Assembly (NCBI GenBank): GCA_903897855.1
Contig: CAIUDH010000041.1
Coordinates: forward strand, 44,879-108,878
DNA from: an uncultured Bacteroidota bacterium
GTDB lineage: Bacteria > Bacteroidota > Bacteroidia > UKL13-3
Reading direction: 5' to 3'
Length of the DNA: 64,000 nt
Part shown: positions 10,420 through 21,159 of the stretch, piece after piece
Layout: each line of letters begins with the position of its first letter
Position numbering within the stretch: position 1 is the first letter of the stretch
Notes under the pieces: model-generated
Database searches by the model: none
Told to the model about the DNA's origin: nothing
Seen by the model: the letters and a program-made list of their open reading frames with translations, nothing else
Made by a program: the position numbers and the translations under genes

Positions 10420-11396
10420 GACATTTAATACTATGGTTTAGCGCGATGGTGATTTTATTCACCGCCTGTCAGAAGGAGGAACTACCTGTTTCAAAAATCG
10501 ACAGAGGAGCGGTGATAACTAGAACACTCGATTTAGGACTGAACTACAAAAATCAGATTTGGTATAAGCTGAACAGTAATAAAGCGGTGAATACCAATAG
10601 CCGAAACGATTGGGATCTCGCTTTCGAATCGGGCGACAAAGGCAACCACGTACTTCTCAATTCGGCTAAACTAATGTTTGCCGCTTGTACCAAAAAACAA
10701 AACTTTGCCGATGTAACGATAAACGACACCATCGGTTTTAGTGCTAAGAAAAAATGTGACGATATTTCAGTATTAAACTCAAGTGTGATAGGCATTTTTG
10801 ACAATATCAACAGCTCTGTTTATATCGTCGATTTGGGTGTAGATGAAAACAACCACGCCATTGGATTGAAGAAACTACAGTTGCTTGAAAACACCTTCAC
10901 AAAATTTAAATTAAAATTCTCGAATTTGGATGGAAGTGATTTTCACGAAACCGAATTCTCAAAAGATAATAATTATAATTATCTGTATTTCTCTTTGCTT
11001 CAAAACACCCTACAAACCAATGTCGGCGTTACAAAGGAGGCTTTTGACTTAGAGTTCACACAATTTACTTATGTGTTCGACACCATGGGGCAACGACTGC
11101 CCTATTTGGTACAAGGTGTTATCATTAATAACAACAAGGTTGAAGTGAGTAAAATTTCAGGAAAAACTTTTGAGAGTATTTCCATCAAAGACACCTTGCT
11201 TTTCCCTTTGGTTTCTAAACCCGACATCATCGGTTATGATTGGAAAACTTATAATTTCAATACCGGCATTTACGCAATGGCCCCGTATTGCTATATTATC
11301 AAAGATACAGAAGGGTACTTTTTTAAACTTCGATTCACCGACTTCTATAACGGCTCCCTCAAAGGGTTTCCTAAATTCGAGATCCAGAAATTGTAG
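10416..11396 (+). CDS. HmuY-like lipoprotein (putative haem or ligand-binding partner of the TonB receptor)
   Basis: Lipoprotein signal (ILFTACQKEE). The WDLAF motif and overall similarity to the 6951 gene. Translationally coupled to the receptor. Confidence 0.5.
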   Translation: MRHLILWFSAMVILFTACQKEELPVSKIDRGAVITRTLDLGLNYKNQIWYKLNSNKAVNTNSRNDWDLAFESGDKGNHVLLNSAKLMFAACTKKQNFADVTINDTIGFSAKKKCDDISVLNSSVIGIFDNINSSVYIVDLGVDENNHAIGLKKLQLLENTFTKFKLKFSNLDGSDFHETEFSKDNNYNYLYFSLLQNTLQTNVGVTKEAFDLEFTQFTYVFDTMGQRLPYLVQGVIINNNKVEVSKISGKTFESISIKDTLLFPLVSKPDIIGYDWKTYNFNTGIYAMAPYCYIIKDTEGYFFKLRFTDFYNGSLKGFPKFEIQKL

Positions 11397-11529
11397 GGTA
11401 TTACCTTTGTCATCTTTTTACCAATACAACAATTCTTATCGTATTGATGAAGTAAAAACTGTACTTTCACAAAATAGGTGTATTCTTTAACTAGCCCAAG
11501 TCGGCTCAATTTAACTAACAACTCATTTT

Positions 11530-12915
11530 ATGAAATTAAAATTACTCTTTATTTCTTTCTTTACCCTCGTTTTCTTTAACCTACGTGCCTCGACTACGGT
11601 TCCCGCTATCATCAATAGCAATCAAGTATGGGATGTGAGTGGCAGCCCTTATTTAGTGGGTGTGAATGTGCTCATCACGCAAGGTGTGAAGGTAGATGTG
11701 AAACCTGGCGTTTCCATCATCTCGAATGGGTTGTGTCGTTTAACTGTGAACGGCACCTTCTCGGCCATGGGCAAGTCCGATTCCTTAATTTTAATTAAAG
11801 GCCTATCGATCTATTTTTCCGATTCATCAGTAGATTATAATCCAAGCAGCAATACTGGTTCGCAATTTACATACTGTTTATTCAAACCAATTTACAAATC
11901 GTCGAGCAGTGTCATTACCCTCGACCGAACCAATTTGAATATCGACTATTGCGATTTTGATAGTATCAGCTACCCTATTCAAGGTTTTGGAAGTGGCGAT
12001 TCAGTAAAACTATGGATTTCGAACAGTACTTTTCAGGGCGATGGTTTCGGCTTCTTAATTTATGGATTACGTCAGAATAGCTTTATCAGTTTCACCCATA
12101 ATGCCGTTTTTAATTTTGGCTATATTTTACTAGCAGAGACTAATATCATACAATACTGCTATTTCTATGGCATGCGCTATTACGCGTCCATCAACGATTA
12201 TGGTTATGCCCGTTCGGCGCTCATTAGTTGTAACTATTTTAAGAATGGAAATTATACCTATTGCCCAGCCATTGACCTGAGCACAGTAAATTCTACCAGC
12301 CGTCATATCGTCATTCAAAACAATGAGTTTGATTCGATGGAGGTGTTCATTAAAATGCCCTGTTACTATGTAGCCACCGATACTGTTGAGGTGAATAATA
12401 ACGACTTCCTTCATTATCGAAATAAAGCAGTCTCCTATAGTGGTTGCTCGAGTACTACTGGCATTTTTCATGTCGTTGATTTCACCAATAACTATTGGAA
12501 CACCACCGATACCACCCTCATTAAAGCGGCCATCTATGATTATCGTAATGATATTAAAATTCCCTTTAAAATTGATTTCAGTAACTTTAAAAGCAGCCCT
12601 GTTTCCAGCTGCTGGCCACTTTCGGCAGTCGATGCTCCGAAGAAAGTAAACACTGGAATAACTACAACGAGAAAAAATGCTACTCATTTTGCCATTTTCC
12701 CGAATCCGGCTTTAACAATTCTAAATATCGAAACCGACTTACAAGGCAAGCTAGTGTGTACGATTAAAGATATTACCTCTCGTGAAGTGGCACACCAAGA
12801 AATGGATGCTGATCACTCGAGCATTAATGTGAGTAACTTAAAACCAGGAATTTATTCTGTAATACTACTCAACGAAGACGGAGAACAATATATTTTGAAG
12901 CTGATTCATAATTAA
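11530..12915 (+). CDS. Secreted protein with a T9SS C-terminal sorting domain (beta-helix-like passenger)
   Basis: Signal peptide. C-terminal FPNPALTILNIETDL...KPGIYSVILLNEDGEQYILKLIHN matches the Por secretion CTD. Confidence 0.6.
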   Translation: MKLKLLFISFFTLVFFNLRASTTVPAIINSNQVWDVSGSPYLVGVNVLITQGVKVDVKPGVSIISNGLCRLTVNGTFSAMGKSDSLILIKGLSIYFSDSSVDYNPSSNTGSQFTYCLFKPIYKSSSSVITLDRTNLNIDYCDFDSISYPIQGFGSGDSVKLWISNSTFQGDGFGFLIYGLRQNSFISFTHNAVFNFGYILLAETNIIQYCYFYGMRYYASINDYGYARSALISCNYFKNGNYTYCPAIDLSTVNSTSRHIVIQNNEFDSMEVFIKMPCYYVATDTVEVNNNDFLHYRNKAVSYSGCSSTTGIFHVVDFTNNYWNTTDTTLIKAAIYDYRNDIKIPFKIDFSNFKSSPVSSCWPLSAVDAPKKVNTGITTTRKNATHFAIFPNPALTILNIETDLQGKLVCTIKDITSREVAHQEMDADHSSINVSNLKPGIYSVILLNEDGEQYILKLIHN

Positions 12916-12936
12916 GAAAAACGCTATATCACAGAA

Positions 12937-12966
12937 GCCTTGGTTTATTTTAACCAGGGCTTTTTT
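12937..12966 (+). terminator. Rho-independent terminator after the T9SS gene
   Basis: GCCTTGGTT / AACCAGGGC 9-bp stem (one G-U pair), a 6-nt loop, then TTTTTT. Confidence 0.5.
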
Positions 12967-13089
12967 ATTGGCCAACACCTTTCTGACTAGTATCTCACTT
13001 CATAAGTAAATTTAGGACGGCACACTCGGCTCGTGAGTTTGAAGAAGAATAAAATTTAATTAAGTTAAAGAGTGGTTCCGACCATTCAT

Positions 13090-13122
13090 AAAAAAGCCCC
13101 AATCTAATCATTAGATTGGGGC
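13090..13122 (-). terminator. Rho-independent terminator of rpoB
   Basis: Perfect 13-bp inverted repeat GCCCCAATCTAAT / ATTAGATTGGGGC with a flanking A6 on the + strand (U-run on the rpoB strand), 38 nt after the rpoB stop. Confidence 0.55.
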
Positions 13123-13159
13123 TTTAAATGGTGTTTTCTTTTATATTGTCAGTGGTTTA

Positions 13160-16100
13160 TTACTCTGCTGTCACATCCAATCCTAATCCACGTAATTCAT
13201 GAATTAATACATTAAATGATTCTGGCAATTGTGGTGTTGGCATTGGTTCTCCTTTTACAATAGCCTCATACGATTTTGCACGACCGATAATATCATCACT
13301 CTTAATCGTTAATACTTCCTGTAAAATATTGGATGCACCAAATGCTTCCAATGCCCAAACCTCCATCTCACCAAAACGCTGACCTCCAAATTGTGCCTTA
13401 CCTCCCAACGGCTGCTGGGTAATTAATGAGTATGGCCCTATTGAACGAGCGTGTAACTTATCATCCACCATGTGTCCTAATTTCAACATGTATATGATAC
13501 CTACCGTAGTTTTTTGTTCGAAGCGAACCCCTGTTTGTCCATCGGTTAAATACGTCTGGCAATTTTCGGGTAAGCCTGCTTTTACAATATACTCGGCAAT
13601 TTGTTCTTGTGATGCACCATCAAAAATAGGAGTTGCAAATTTAGTTCCCAACACTTCACCAGCCCAACCCAACATGGTCTCATAAATTTGTCCTAAGTTC
13701 ATACGACTTGGCACACCTAATGGATTTAATACAATATCCACTGGCGTTCCATCTTCTAAGAACGGCATATCTTCGCGAGCTACGATACGGGCTACAACAC
13801 CCTTATTACCGTGGCGACCCGCCATCTTATCCCCTACTTTCAATTTACGTTTGGTAGCGATATATACTTTAGCCATCTGCACAATACCGGTAGGTAATTC
13901 ATCCCCTACTGTTAGTGCAAATTCTTCACGACGGTATTTACCAACCAAGTCATGTGCCGTACGACGGTAGTTAACGAGGATATCACGAATTAAAATATTT
14001 TTATCTTTATCGGTAGTCCAGGCCGTAGGATTCGTTAAATCATAATCAAGCTCAAACAAAGCTTTTTGTGTGAATTTAACCCCTTTACCTATTAACTCCT
14101 GCTCATAAACATCATACACACCTTGCGATGTCTTTCCGTTTAGCAAAGTCATCAATTTCTCCACCAAACGCTCTTTTAACTTCGCTAAGTTTTTGCTATG
14201 CGTATCGGCTAATTTTGAAGTAACAACCTTCTCTTGATCTTTGGTAAGCTTATCTTTTTTGATTTTTGTGAAAAGCTTTTTGTCGATGATGATACCATTG
14301 GTTGATGGAGGAGCTTTTAATGAAGCATCTTTCACATCGCCTGCTTTATCACCAAAGATAGCACGTAATAACTTTTCTTCCGGTGAAGGTTCTGTTTCTC
14401 CTTTCGGAGTAATTTTACCAATAAGGATATCGCCTTCATGCACTTGCGCACCGATACGAATTAATCCGTTCTCATCGAGGTTACGTGTAGCTTCTTCACT
14501 CACATTCGGAATATCGTTGGTTAGCTCTTCTTCACCACGTTTTGTATCACGCACTTCCAATTCGTATTCTGTAACATGAATAGAAGTAAACACATCTTCC
14601 TGCACTGCTTTTTCACTAATCACGATCGCATCTTCAAAGTTAAAACCTTGCCAAGGCATGAATGCCACTTTTAGGTTCCTTCCTAAAGCTAATTCACCAA
14701 GTTCGGTAGCATAACCTTCAATGATTACTTCACCTTTCTTAATTTTATCGCCTTTCTTTACAAGAGGGCGTTGATTTACGCAGGTATTCTGATTCGTACG
14801 TTTGAATTTTGTCAAATGATATGTTTTCATTTCACCATCAAAATTCAATAATTCCTCTTCAGCGGTGAGGTTATAACTAACCACCACTTTTTCCGCATCA
14901 GCATATTCTACTTCACCATTACCTTCGGCCACCACTACGGCGCGGCTATCTCTAGCCACACGACCTTCCAGTCCGGTTCCAACGATAGGCGATTGTGGTT
15001 TCAATAATGGCACAGCCTGACGTTGCATGTTCGATCCCATCAAAGCACGGTTCGCATCATCATGTTCCAAAAATGGAATTAAGGAAGCTGCGATACTTAC
15101 AATTTGGTTCGGTGCAATATCCATATACTGCGCTTCTTCGGGCGATATCGACGGGAAGTCACCATCTTTACGAGCACGTACTCTTTCGGTTAAGAAATTT
15201 CCTTTCGCATCATATTTAGAGTTCGCTTGTGCAATTGTTTTTCCATCTTCATCTTCCGCACTCACATAAATCACAGGCTCATCCACTTTCACTTTACCAT
15301 TCACAATTTTACGATACGGAGTTTCAATGAAACCCATACCATTTACTTTAGCATGAACACAAAGTGAAGAGATCAAACCGATATTCGGGCCTTCCGGAGT
15401 TTCAATGGTACATAAGCGACCATAATGTGTATAATGTACATCTCGCACCTCAAAACCTGCACGCTCTCTGCTCAAACCACCAGGGCCTAACGCCGACATA
15501 CGGCGTTTGTGTGTAATCTCAGCCAATGGATTGGTTTGATCCATAAACTGCGATAGTTGAGAAGTTCCGAAAAATGAATTGATAACAGAGGATAAAGTAC
15601 GGGCATTAATCAAATCGGAAGGGTTGAACACCTCATTATCACGAATGTTCATACGCTCACGAATGGTACGGGCCATACGTGCCAAACCTACCCCAAACTG
15701 AGCAAAAAGTTGCTCACCTACGGTACGCACACGACGATTACTTAAGTGGTCAATATCATCCACATCGGCTTTATCATTACTTAATTTAATTAAGTTTTTG
15801 ATGATATCGATGATGTCGTCTTTGGTTAATACACGGCTTTTCTCGTCAACTTTATTAAGCTTGCGATTAATACGGTAGCGACCTACTTCTCCTAAATCAT
15901 AACGTTTATCAGAGAAGAACAGACGCTCAATAACACCACGCGCAGTTTCCTCATCGGGCGCATCGGCATTACGCAACTGGCGGTAGATAAGCTCGATTGC
16001 TTCTTTTCCGTTGTTGGACGTATCTTTTTGTAACGTATTATGAATGATGGCAAAGTCATTCGATTTACTTTCTTCTTTATGTAAAATAATAGTTTGAACT

Positions 16101-16963
16101 TTAGCTTCTAATATCGTATCGATATGCTCCTCTTTCAAGTCAACATCACGCTCAATTAAAACCTCATTACGTTCAATAGATACTACTTCACCGGTATCTT
16201 CATCAACAAAATCTTCAACCCAGGTACGTAAAACCCGTGCTGCTAATTTTCTACCTACGGCATTCTTCAATCCCGACTTAGAAACTTTAATTTCTTCGGC
16301 AAGATTGAAAATATTTAAAATATCCTTATCGCTTTCAAAACCAATGGCACGGAATAAAGTAGTTACCGGGAATTTCTTTTTACGATCGATATAAGCATAC
16401 ATCACGTTATTAACGTCGGTAGCGAATTCAATCCAAGAACCTTTGAATGGGATGATACGAGCCGAATATAGTTTTGTACCGTTGGTATGATAGCTTTGAC
16501 CAAAGAACACTCCAGGTGAACGATGTAGTTGCGAAACAACCACACGCTCAGCACCGTTGATAACAAAAGTACCTTTGGAAGTCATGTAAGGAATGTTACC
16601 TAAGTAAACGTCCTGTACAATGGTTTCAAAATCTTCATGATCTTTATCAGTACAAAACAATTTGAGTTTTGCTTTCAGAGGTACATTATAGGTTAATCCT
16701 CTGTCCATACATTCTTCGATGCTGTATTTAGGAGGATCTACAAAGTAGTCGATGAATTCCAGTACGAAAATACCACGTGTATCAGAGATAGGGAAATTCT
16801 CCATGAACACCTTGTACAGTCCTTGCGATTTTTTATTTTCTGTCGATGCATCGAGTTGAAAGAACTCTTTGTACGACTGGATTTGCACATCTAAAAAGTC
16901 GGGGTAGTCGATTACTTTCTCTACCGATGCAAAACTGATACGATTGATGGATTTAGTTGCCAA
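13160..16963 (-). CDS. rpoB: DNA-directed RNA polymerase beta subunit
   Basis: Full-length 1267-aa RpoB with unmistakable conserved blocks (N-terminal [22 protein letters not shown]-terminal [24 protein letters not shown]...[18 protein letters not shown]). Confidence 0.97.
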   Translation of the reverse strand: MATKSINRISFASVEKVIDYPDFLDVQIQSYKEFFQLDASTENKKSQGLYKVFMENFPISDTRGIFVLEFIDYFVDPPKYSIEECMDRGLTYNVPLKAKLKLFCTDKDHEDFETIVQDVYLGNIPYMTSKGTFVINGAERVVVSQLHRSPGVFFGQSYHTNGTKLYSARIIPFKGSWIEFATDVNNVMYAYIDRKKKFPVTTLFRAIGFESDKDILNIFNLAEEIKVSKSGLKNAVGRKLAARVLRTWVEDFVDEDTGEVVSIERNEVLIERDVDLKEEHIDTILEAKVQTIILHKEESKSNDFAIIHNTLQKDTSNNGKEAIELIYRQLRNADAPDEETARGVIERLFFSDKRYDLGEVGRYRINRKLNKVDEKSRVLTKDDIIDIIKNLIKLSNDKADVDDIDHLSNRRVRTVGEQLFAQFGVGLARMARTIRERMNIRDNEVFNPSDLINARTLSSVINSFFGTSQLSQFMDQTNPLAEITHKRRMSALGPGGLSRERAGFEVRDVHYTHYGRLCTIETPEGPNIGLISSLCVHAKVNGMGFIETPYRKIVNGKVKVDEPVIYVSAEDEDGKTIAQANSKYDAKGNFLTERVRARKDGDFPSISPEEAQYMDIAPNQIVSIAASLIPFLEHDDANRALMGSNMQRQAVPLLKPQSPIVGTGLEGRVARDSRAVVVAEGNGEVEYADAEKVVVSYNLTAEEELLNFDGEMKTYHLTKFKRTNQNTCVNQRPLVKKGDKIKKGEVIIEGYATELGELALGRNLKVAFMPWQGFNFEDAIVISEKAVQEDVFTSIHVTEYELEVRDTKRGEEELTNDIPNVSEEATRNLDENGLIRIGAQVHEGDILIGKITPKGETEPSPEEKLLRAIFGDKAGDVKDASLKAPPSTNGIIIDKKLFTKIKKDKLTKDQEKVVTSKLADTHSKNLAKLKERLVEKLMTLLNGKTSQGVYDVYEQELIGKGVKFTQKALFELDYDLTNPTAWTTDKDKNILIRDILVNYRRTAHDLVGKYRREEFALTVGDELPTGIVQMAKVYIATKRKLKVGDKMAGRHGNKGVVARIVAREDMPFLEDGTPVDIVLNPLGVPSRMNLGQIYETMLGWAGEVLGTKFATPIFDGASQEQIAEYIVKAGLPENCQTYLTDGQTGVRFEQKTTVGIIYMLKLGHMVDDKLHARSIGPYSLITQQPLGGKAQFGGQRFGEMEVWALEAFGASNILQEVLTIKSDDIIGRAKSYEAIVKGEPMPTPQLPESFNVLIHELRGLGLDVTAE

Positions 16964-17231
16964 TGCTTATCAATATTAATGGTTAATAATTCTTTTTCTT
17001 CTGCCAATAACGCAATCCTAACTAATGATAAACAGACAAACCCGTATTTTGGTACTGGTCGGATGCTTGTGTGACGTCACAATTGCCTGCATCATCCATT
17101 TTTGCAACTTATTATGCGCAATGCATAGGTGGTATCATGCCTTAGATAATCAGCTTGCGAAGCTAATGGCAGTAACCATATTATATTAATGATTTAGAAA
17201 AAACAAATCTCGAGTATTGCAAAAAGGAGTG

Positions 17232-17239
17232 CAAATATA
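17232..17239 (-). promoter_or_regulatory. Candidate Bacteroidetes-type -7 box (TATATTTG) for rpoB, implying a leader of about 270 nt
   Basis: CAAATATA on the + strand is TATATTTG on the - strand. The same GTGCAAATATA 11-mer occurs upstream of maeB at 20346. Confidence 0.3.
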
Positions 17240-17337
17240 GCTTTTTTTTCGATAAAATCAAATTTTGGCCAAAGAATTGTAGGGAGTCGACGATTTTGGC
17301 TTGCCCGACCGTCTAAAAAAGTGTTTTTGAGCTTAAC

Positions 17338-17853
17338 TCAATGGCTTGAATCTAAAATCATTTCTTTTAAATCCACCTCAATGCTTGATTTAACAGATTC
17401 TACCACTTTCCCAATTTCTTTACCGTCTTTGTAAACAATAATCGTGGGCACCTTTGAAAGCATATTTTTGTCCGCTTCTCCTTTTAGTGATTTTTTATTT
17501 CGGTCGACCCCGTATAAAACTACAGCAGATTCAGGAAATTGTGCCTCATCAAGCACCCGATAAAATTTAGGAAGGAGATTCTGTGTGTCATCGCACCAGG
17601 TACCCGCAAAAACGACAAACGTCACTCTGGCGTTATATGCCTTCAAATACAAAATATCCGTATTCGCTGCAGTATTATAACTATCGTAATTTTTTTTGAA
17701 CCAAGGAAATTTGTCATCGTTAAGCTGCTTACGTTTAATTCCACCTACGAGTATCTTCTCATTTCTGTCGGTAGTAATCCATTTATACGATTTGCTGCAG
17801 CTCATACTCACAAGTGAGAACATGGCGATTACGATAATTGTTTTGGGTAACAT
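17338..17853 (-). CDS. Thioredoxin-fold (TlpA-like) lipoprotein
   Basis: Signal peptide with LVSMSC. FAGTWCDDTQNLLPKF at the usual Trx active-site position, though with a single Cys. Confidence 0.6.
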   Translation of the reverse strand: MLPKTIIVIAMFSLVSMSCSKSYKWITTDRNEKILVGGIKRKQLNDDKFPWFKKNYDSYNTAANTDILYLKAYNARVTFVVFAGTWCDDTQNLLPKFYRVLDEAQFPESAVVLYGVDRNKKSLKGEADKNMLSKVPTIIVYKDGKEIGKVVESVKSSIEVDLKEMILDSSH

Positions 17854-18043
17854 TATAGTTCAGGTTTTAAAATACAAAAATACACATTCTTTCGTACTCA
17901 GTAAAAGACCATTGCAATAACAATTTGTATTATTCAATTGACCCGACTGCCACTATCGATGGTGGCAGTCATAACTAATATTTCATTTACAAAAGGAGCT
18001 TTACGACCAGGGTCGCATCAGCTACGAAATCGTTCATCTAACA

Positions 18044-20305
18044 CTATCGCTGAGCATCCACTACAGCCAAGGTCACCATATTCACAATATCGCGAATTTT
18101 ACTTCCCAGTTGTAAGATATGTACCGATTTTTTCATACCTATTAGCACCGGACCGATCACCTCGCCATCGCCTAATTCTTGCATTAAATTATAGGCAATA
18201 TTTCCTGCCGAAAGTTTCGGAAAGATAAGGATATTGGCAGCACCATCAGCCAAAGCACTAAAGGGATAATTTTCTTTTAGCAACTCTTGATTGAGGGCAA
18301 ATTTTGCCTGCATCTCGCCATCAATAATTAAATCGGGGTCTTGCTCCTTTATTAATCGTAAAGCCTCACGCATTTTTTTAGGTGTTTCTCCTTCGGCGCT
18401 GCCAAAATTACTATAACTAAGTAAGGCTACTCTTGGCACAATATTGAATTTGCGAACTTCAAGGCAAGCCAGTTTGCAAATCGCCGCTAAGTCGATGGCG
18501 GTAGGGTCATGATTGACGGTTGTATCGGCCAAGAATATAGGGCCACGCTTGGTAAGCATCACATACATCCCGGCTACGATATGCGTATCGTCGCGCCTAC
18601 CAATGACTTGCAATGCCGGGCGGATGGTACTTGGATAATTACGTGTTAGACCTGAAATCAAGGCATCGGCTCTGCCGGTTTCTACCATCATACAGCCATA
18701 AAAATTTCGCTGAGTCATCGATTTGCGAGCCTCGTGCATGGTGGTACCCTTACGCTGACGCTTGGTATAAAATCGAGTTGCAAATTCCTCTAATAGCGCT
18801 TCGTCTTCATTATAGGGGTCGATAATAGGGCAATCGTGCAAATCAATATTATGTTCATTCATAATTTCCTCTACCCGTTTGCGTGTGCCTAACAAAATAG
18901 GAAGCGCAATACCTTCGTCTTTAACAATTTGAGCCGCACGTAAGATATTGTAGTTCTCTGCCTCAGCAAATACAACTCTTTTCGGGTTTTTCTTAGCTTT
19001 CTCCGTAATGAAACGAATGAATTTATTGTCTTTCCCGATACGTTTTTGCAGCTCTATCTTATACTCATCCCAGTTGGTGATTGGTTTTTTTGCAACCCCA
19101 CTTTCAATGGCGGCTTTTGCCACGGCCACCGACACGGTAGTGAGCAATCGAGGATCAATGGGTTTAGGAATTATATATTGTCTGCCAAACTCCAACGACA
19201 TTTGATCATAGGCCGCTTTCACATTCTCTGGAACTGGCTCATGTGCCAATTGGGCCAATGCCTTGATGGCTGCCAATTTCATAGCCTCGTTTATGGTGGT
19301 GGCCCGCACATCCAAAGCCCCTCTGAAAATGTATGGGAATCCCAATACATTATTCACCTGGTTGGGGTAATCACTTCTTCCGGTGGCCACAATGACATCA
19401 GGGCGTGCTGCAATGGCTAAATTATATTCGATCTCAGGATCGGGGTTAGCCATCGCAAATACAATTGGATTGATTGCCATGCTGCGAATCATATCTTGCG
19501 ATACTACATCAGCTTTGCTTAATCCAATAAAAACATCCGCACCCCGCATGGCTTCTTCCAACGTCTGAATATTTCTAGTCGTAGCAAACATTCTTTTTCT
19601 GGCATCCAATCCCTTATTATCGGTTTTTAGGACTCCCTTACTATCGAGCATGATAATATTTTCAACTTTCACGCCTAAGGCCATAAATATTTTAGTACAA
19701 GAAATGGCGGCCGCTCCTGCCCCATTTACCACAATTACAACTTCTTCGATTTTTTTCCCTACAATTTCCAAGGCATTAATGAGCCCGGCACCACTCACGA
19801 TGGCCGTTCCGTGCTGGTCGTCGTGCATAATGGGGATATTGAGTTCTTGCTTCAGTCGTTCTTCAATTTCAAAACATTCAGGAGCTTTGATATCTTCCAG
19901 GTTGACGCCTCCAAAAGTAGGTTCTAAAATTTTTACGGTACGCACAAACTCATCAATATTGGTGGTGTTGAGTTCGATGTCGAATACGTCGATATCGGCA
20001 AATATTTTAAAGAGTAAGCCTTTACCTTCCATCACTGGCTTACTGGCTTCAGGTCCTATGTTACCTAAACCAAGTACGGCCGTACCATTGCTAATTACAG
20101 CCACCAAATTCCCCTTTGCGGTGTACTTATAAACATCTTCTACATTCTTAGCAATCTCCAAGCAAGGTGCGGCCACTCCTGGACTATAAGCTAAGCTTAG
20201 GTCACGTTTGGTTTGTGTGGGTTTGGTAGGGACTACCTCAATTTTGCCCGGACGATTTTTACTGTGATAATCGAGAGCATCTTTTGTCAATTTTTCGTTA
20301 CTCAT
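18044..20305 (-). CDS. maeB: NADP-dependent malic enzyme (malic enzyme plus a phosphotransacetylase-like C-terminal domain)
   Basis: 753 aa. N-terminal malic-enzyme motifs (DLSLAYSPGVA, VVVNGAGAAAISC). C-terminal PTA-like domain. Confidence 0.9.
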   Translation of the reverse strand: MSNEKLTKDALDYHSKNRPGKIEVVPTKPTQTKRDLSLAYSPGVAAPCLEIAKNVEDVYKYTAKGNLVAVISNGTAVLGLGNIGPEASKPVMEGKGLLFKIFADIDVFDIELNTTNIDEFVRTVKILEPTFGGVNLEDIKAPECFEIEERLKQELNIPIMHDDQHGTAIVSGAGLINALEIVGKKIEEVVIVVNGAGAAAISCTKIFMALGVKVENIIMLDSKGVLKTDNKGLDARKRMFATTRNIQTLEEAMRGADVFIGLSKADVVSQDMIRSMAINPIVFAMANPDPEIEYNLAIAARPDVIVATGRSDYPNQVNNVLGFPYIFRGALDVRATTINEAMKLAAIKALAQLAHEPVPENVKAAYDQMSLEFGRQYIIPKPIDPRLLTTVSVAVAKAAIESGVAKKPITNWDEYKIELQKRIGKDNKFIRFITEKAKKNPKRVVFAEAENYNILRAAQIVKDEGIALPILLGTRKRVEEIMNEHNIDLHDCPIIDPYNEDEALLEEFATRFYTKRQRKGTTMHEARKSMTQRNFYGCMMVETGRADALISGLTRNYPSTIRPALQVIGRRDDTHIVAGMYVMLTKRGPIFLADTTVNHDPTAIDLAAICKLACLEVRKFNIVPRVALLSYSNFGSAEGETPKKMREALRLIKEQDPDLIIDGEMQAKFALNQELLKENYPFSALADGAANILIFPKLSAGNIAYNLMQELGDGEVIGPVLIGMKKSVHILQLGSKIRDIVNMVTLAVVDAQR

Positions 20306-20348
20306 TTCTTACGCGTTTCATAAGTTAATGATTGAATGAAACGGGGTG

Positions 20349-20356
20349 CAAATATA
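20349..20356 (-). promoter_or_regulatory. Candidate -7 box TATATTTG about 44 nt upstream of the maeB start
   Basis: Matches the Bacteroidetes sigma-A -7 consensus TAnnTTTG on the - strand. Confidence 0.3.
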
Positions 20357-20472
20357 TCAGTAATTTTAGGAAAGAAGGAATTCGAAAGAAATGAGCTCCA
20401 TTCAGGGTCATATTATAGAAAAGAAATAAAGTCAGGTGCCGAAAACTGAGCCGAAAAATAGTTTTGCCTCAT

Positions 20473-21048
20473 TTATTCTATAATAATGTCATAATGATCC
20501 AAGAGACCCACAATATTTTCCATGGAGAACTTCGCTTTTTTCATGCGATTAATTCCTGGATTAATTGAAAAGTGGAAGGCTGTTCTGAAATCTGCATGCT
20601 CTAACAGGGTGCCTTCAAAAGCCGCTCTGGTTAAATCGCAATGTTTGAAAACAGCGTTGGTCAAATCGGCTTGTGAAAACTCCACTTCATCAAGTTTACA
20701 ATCATCAAACAAAATGTTTTTGAGTTTTAACTTGTAAAATGAGGAGAAACTGAGTATGCAATTTTCGAATTGAAAGGAGAGCGTAAAGCTATCACAATGA
20801 TCAAAGCGCAATCCCAAGAGTTTACATTTTTTGAATTTTACTTTTCTAAAAACAGTTTCTTTCAATACGACCAAGCTTAGGTCGCAATTTTCAAATTCAC
20901 AAGAACTAAAAATGCACTCAGAGAGATCCGAATTTGAGAATACACATTCTGAAAATGTGCAATGGTCATATTCACCTAAGAGAAAAGGCTGAGAATGATA
21001 ATCCTGCCCTTTGAAATTTTTGCCTTTTATATATGCTTCACTCATCAC
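20473..21048 (-). CDS. Pentapeptide-repeat protein
   Basis: Continuous A(D/N)LxX-type pentapeptide repeats (CTFSECVFSNSDLSECIFSSCEFENCDLSLVV...). Confidence 0.8.
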   Translation of the reverse strand: MMSEAYIKGKNFKGQDYHSQPFLLGEYDHCTFSECVFSNSDLSECIFSSCEFENCDLSLVVLKETVFRKVKFKKCKLLGLRFDHCDSFTLSFQFENCILSFSSFYKLKLKNILFDDCKLDEVEFSQADLTNAVFKHCDLTRAAFEGTLLEHADFRTAFHFSINPGINRMKKAKFSMENIVGLLDHYDIIIE

Positions 21049-21159
21049 GCTTAACTATTTTTAATACAAAACAATAGATGATGATAACGAAAATAAAAAC
21101 TGCCGGGGAGTGAATGTTAATTAACTTCATCCTCGGCAGCTCTCAAGAGGTGATGCCCT

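Noticed and set aside
13470-15269. Several plus-strand ORFs (71-112 aa) inside rpoB
   Set aside because: They lie antisense to a highly conserved essential gene and have no recognisable motifs. They are typical shadow ORFs.
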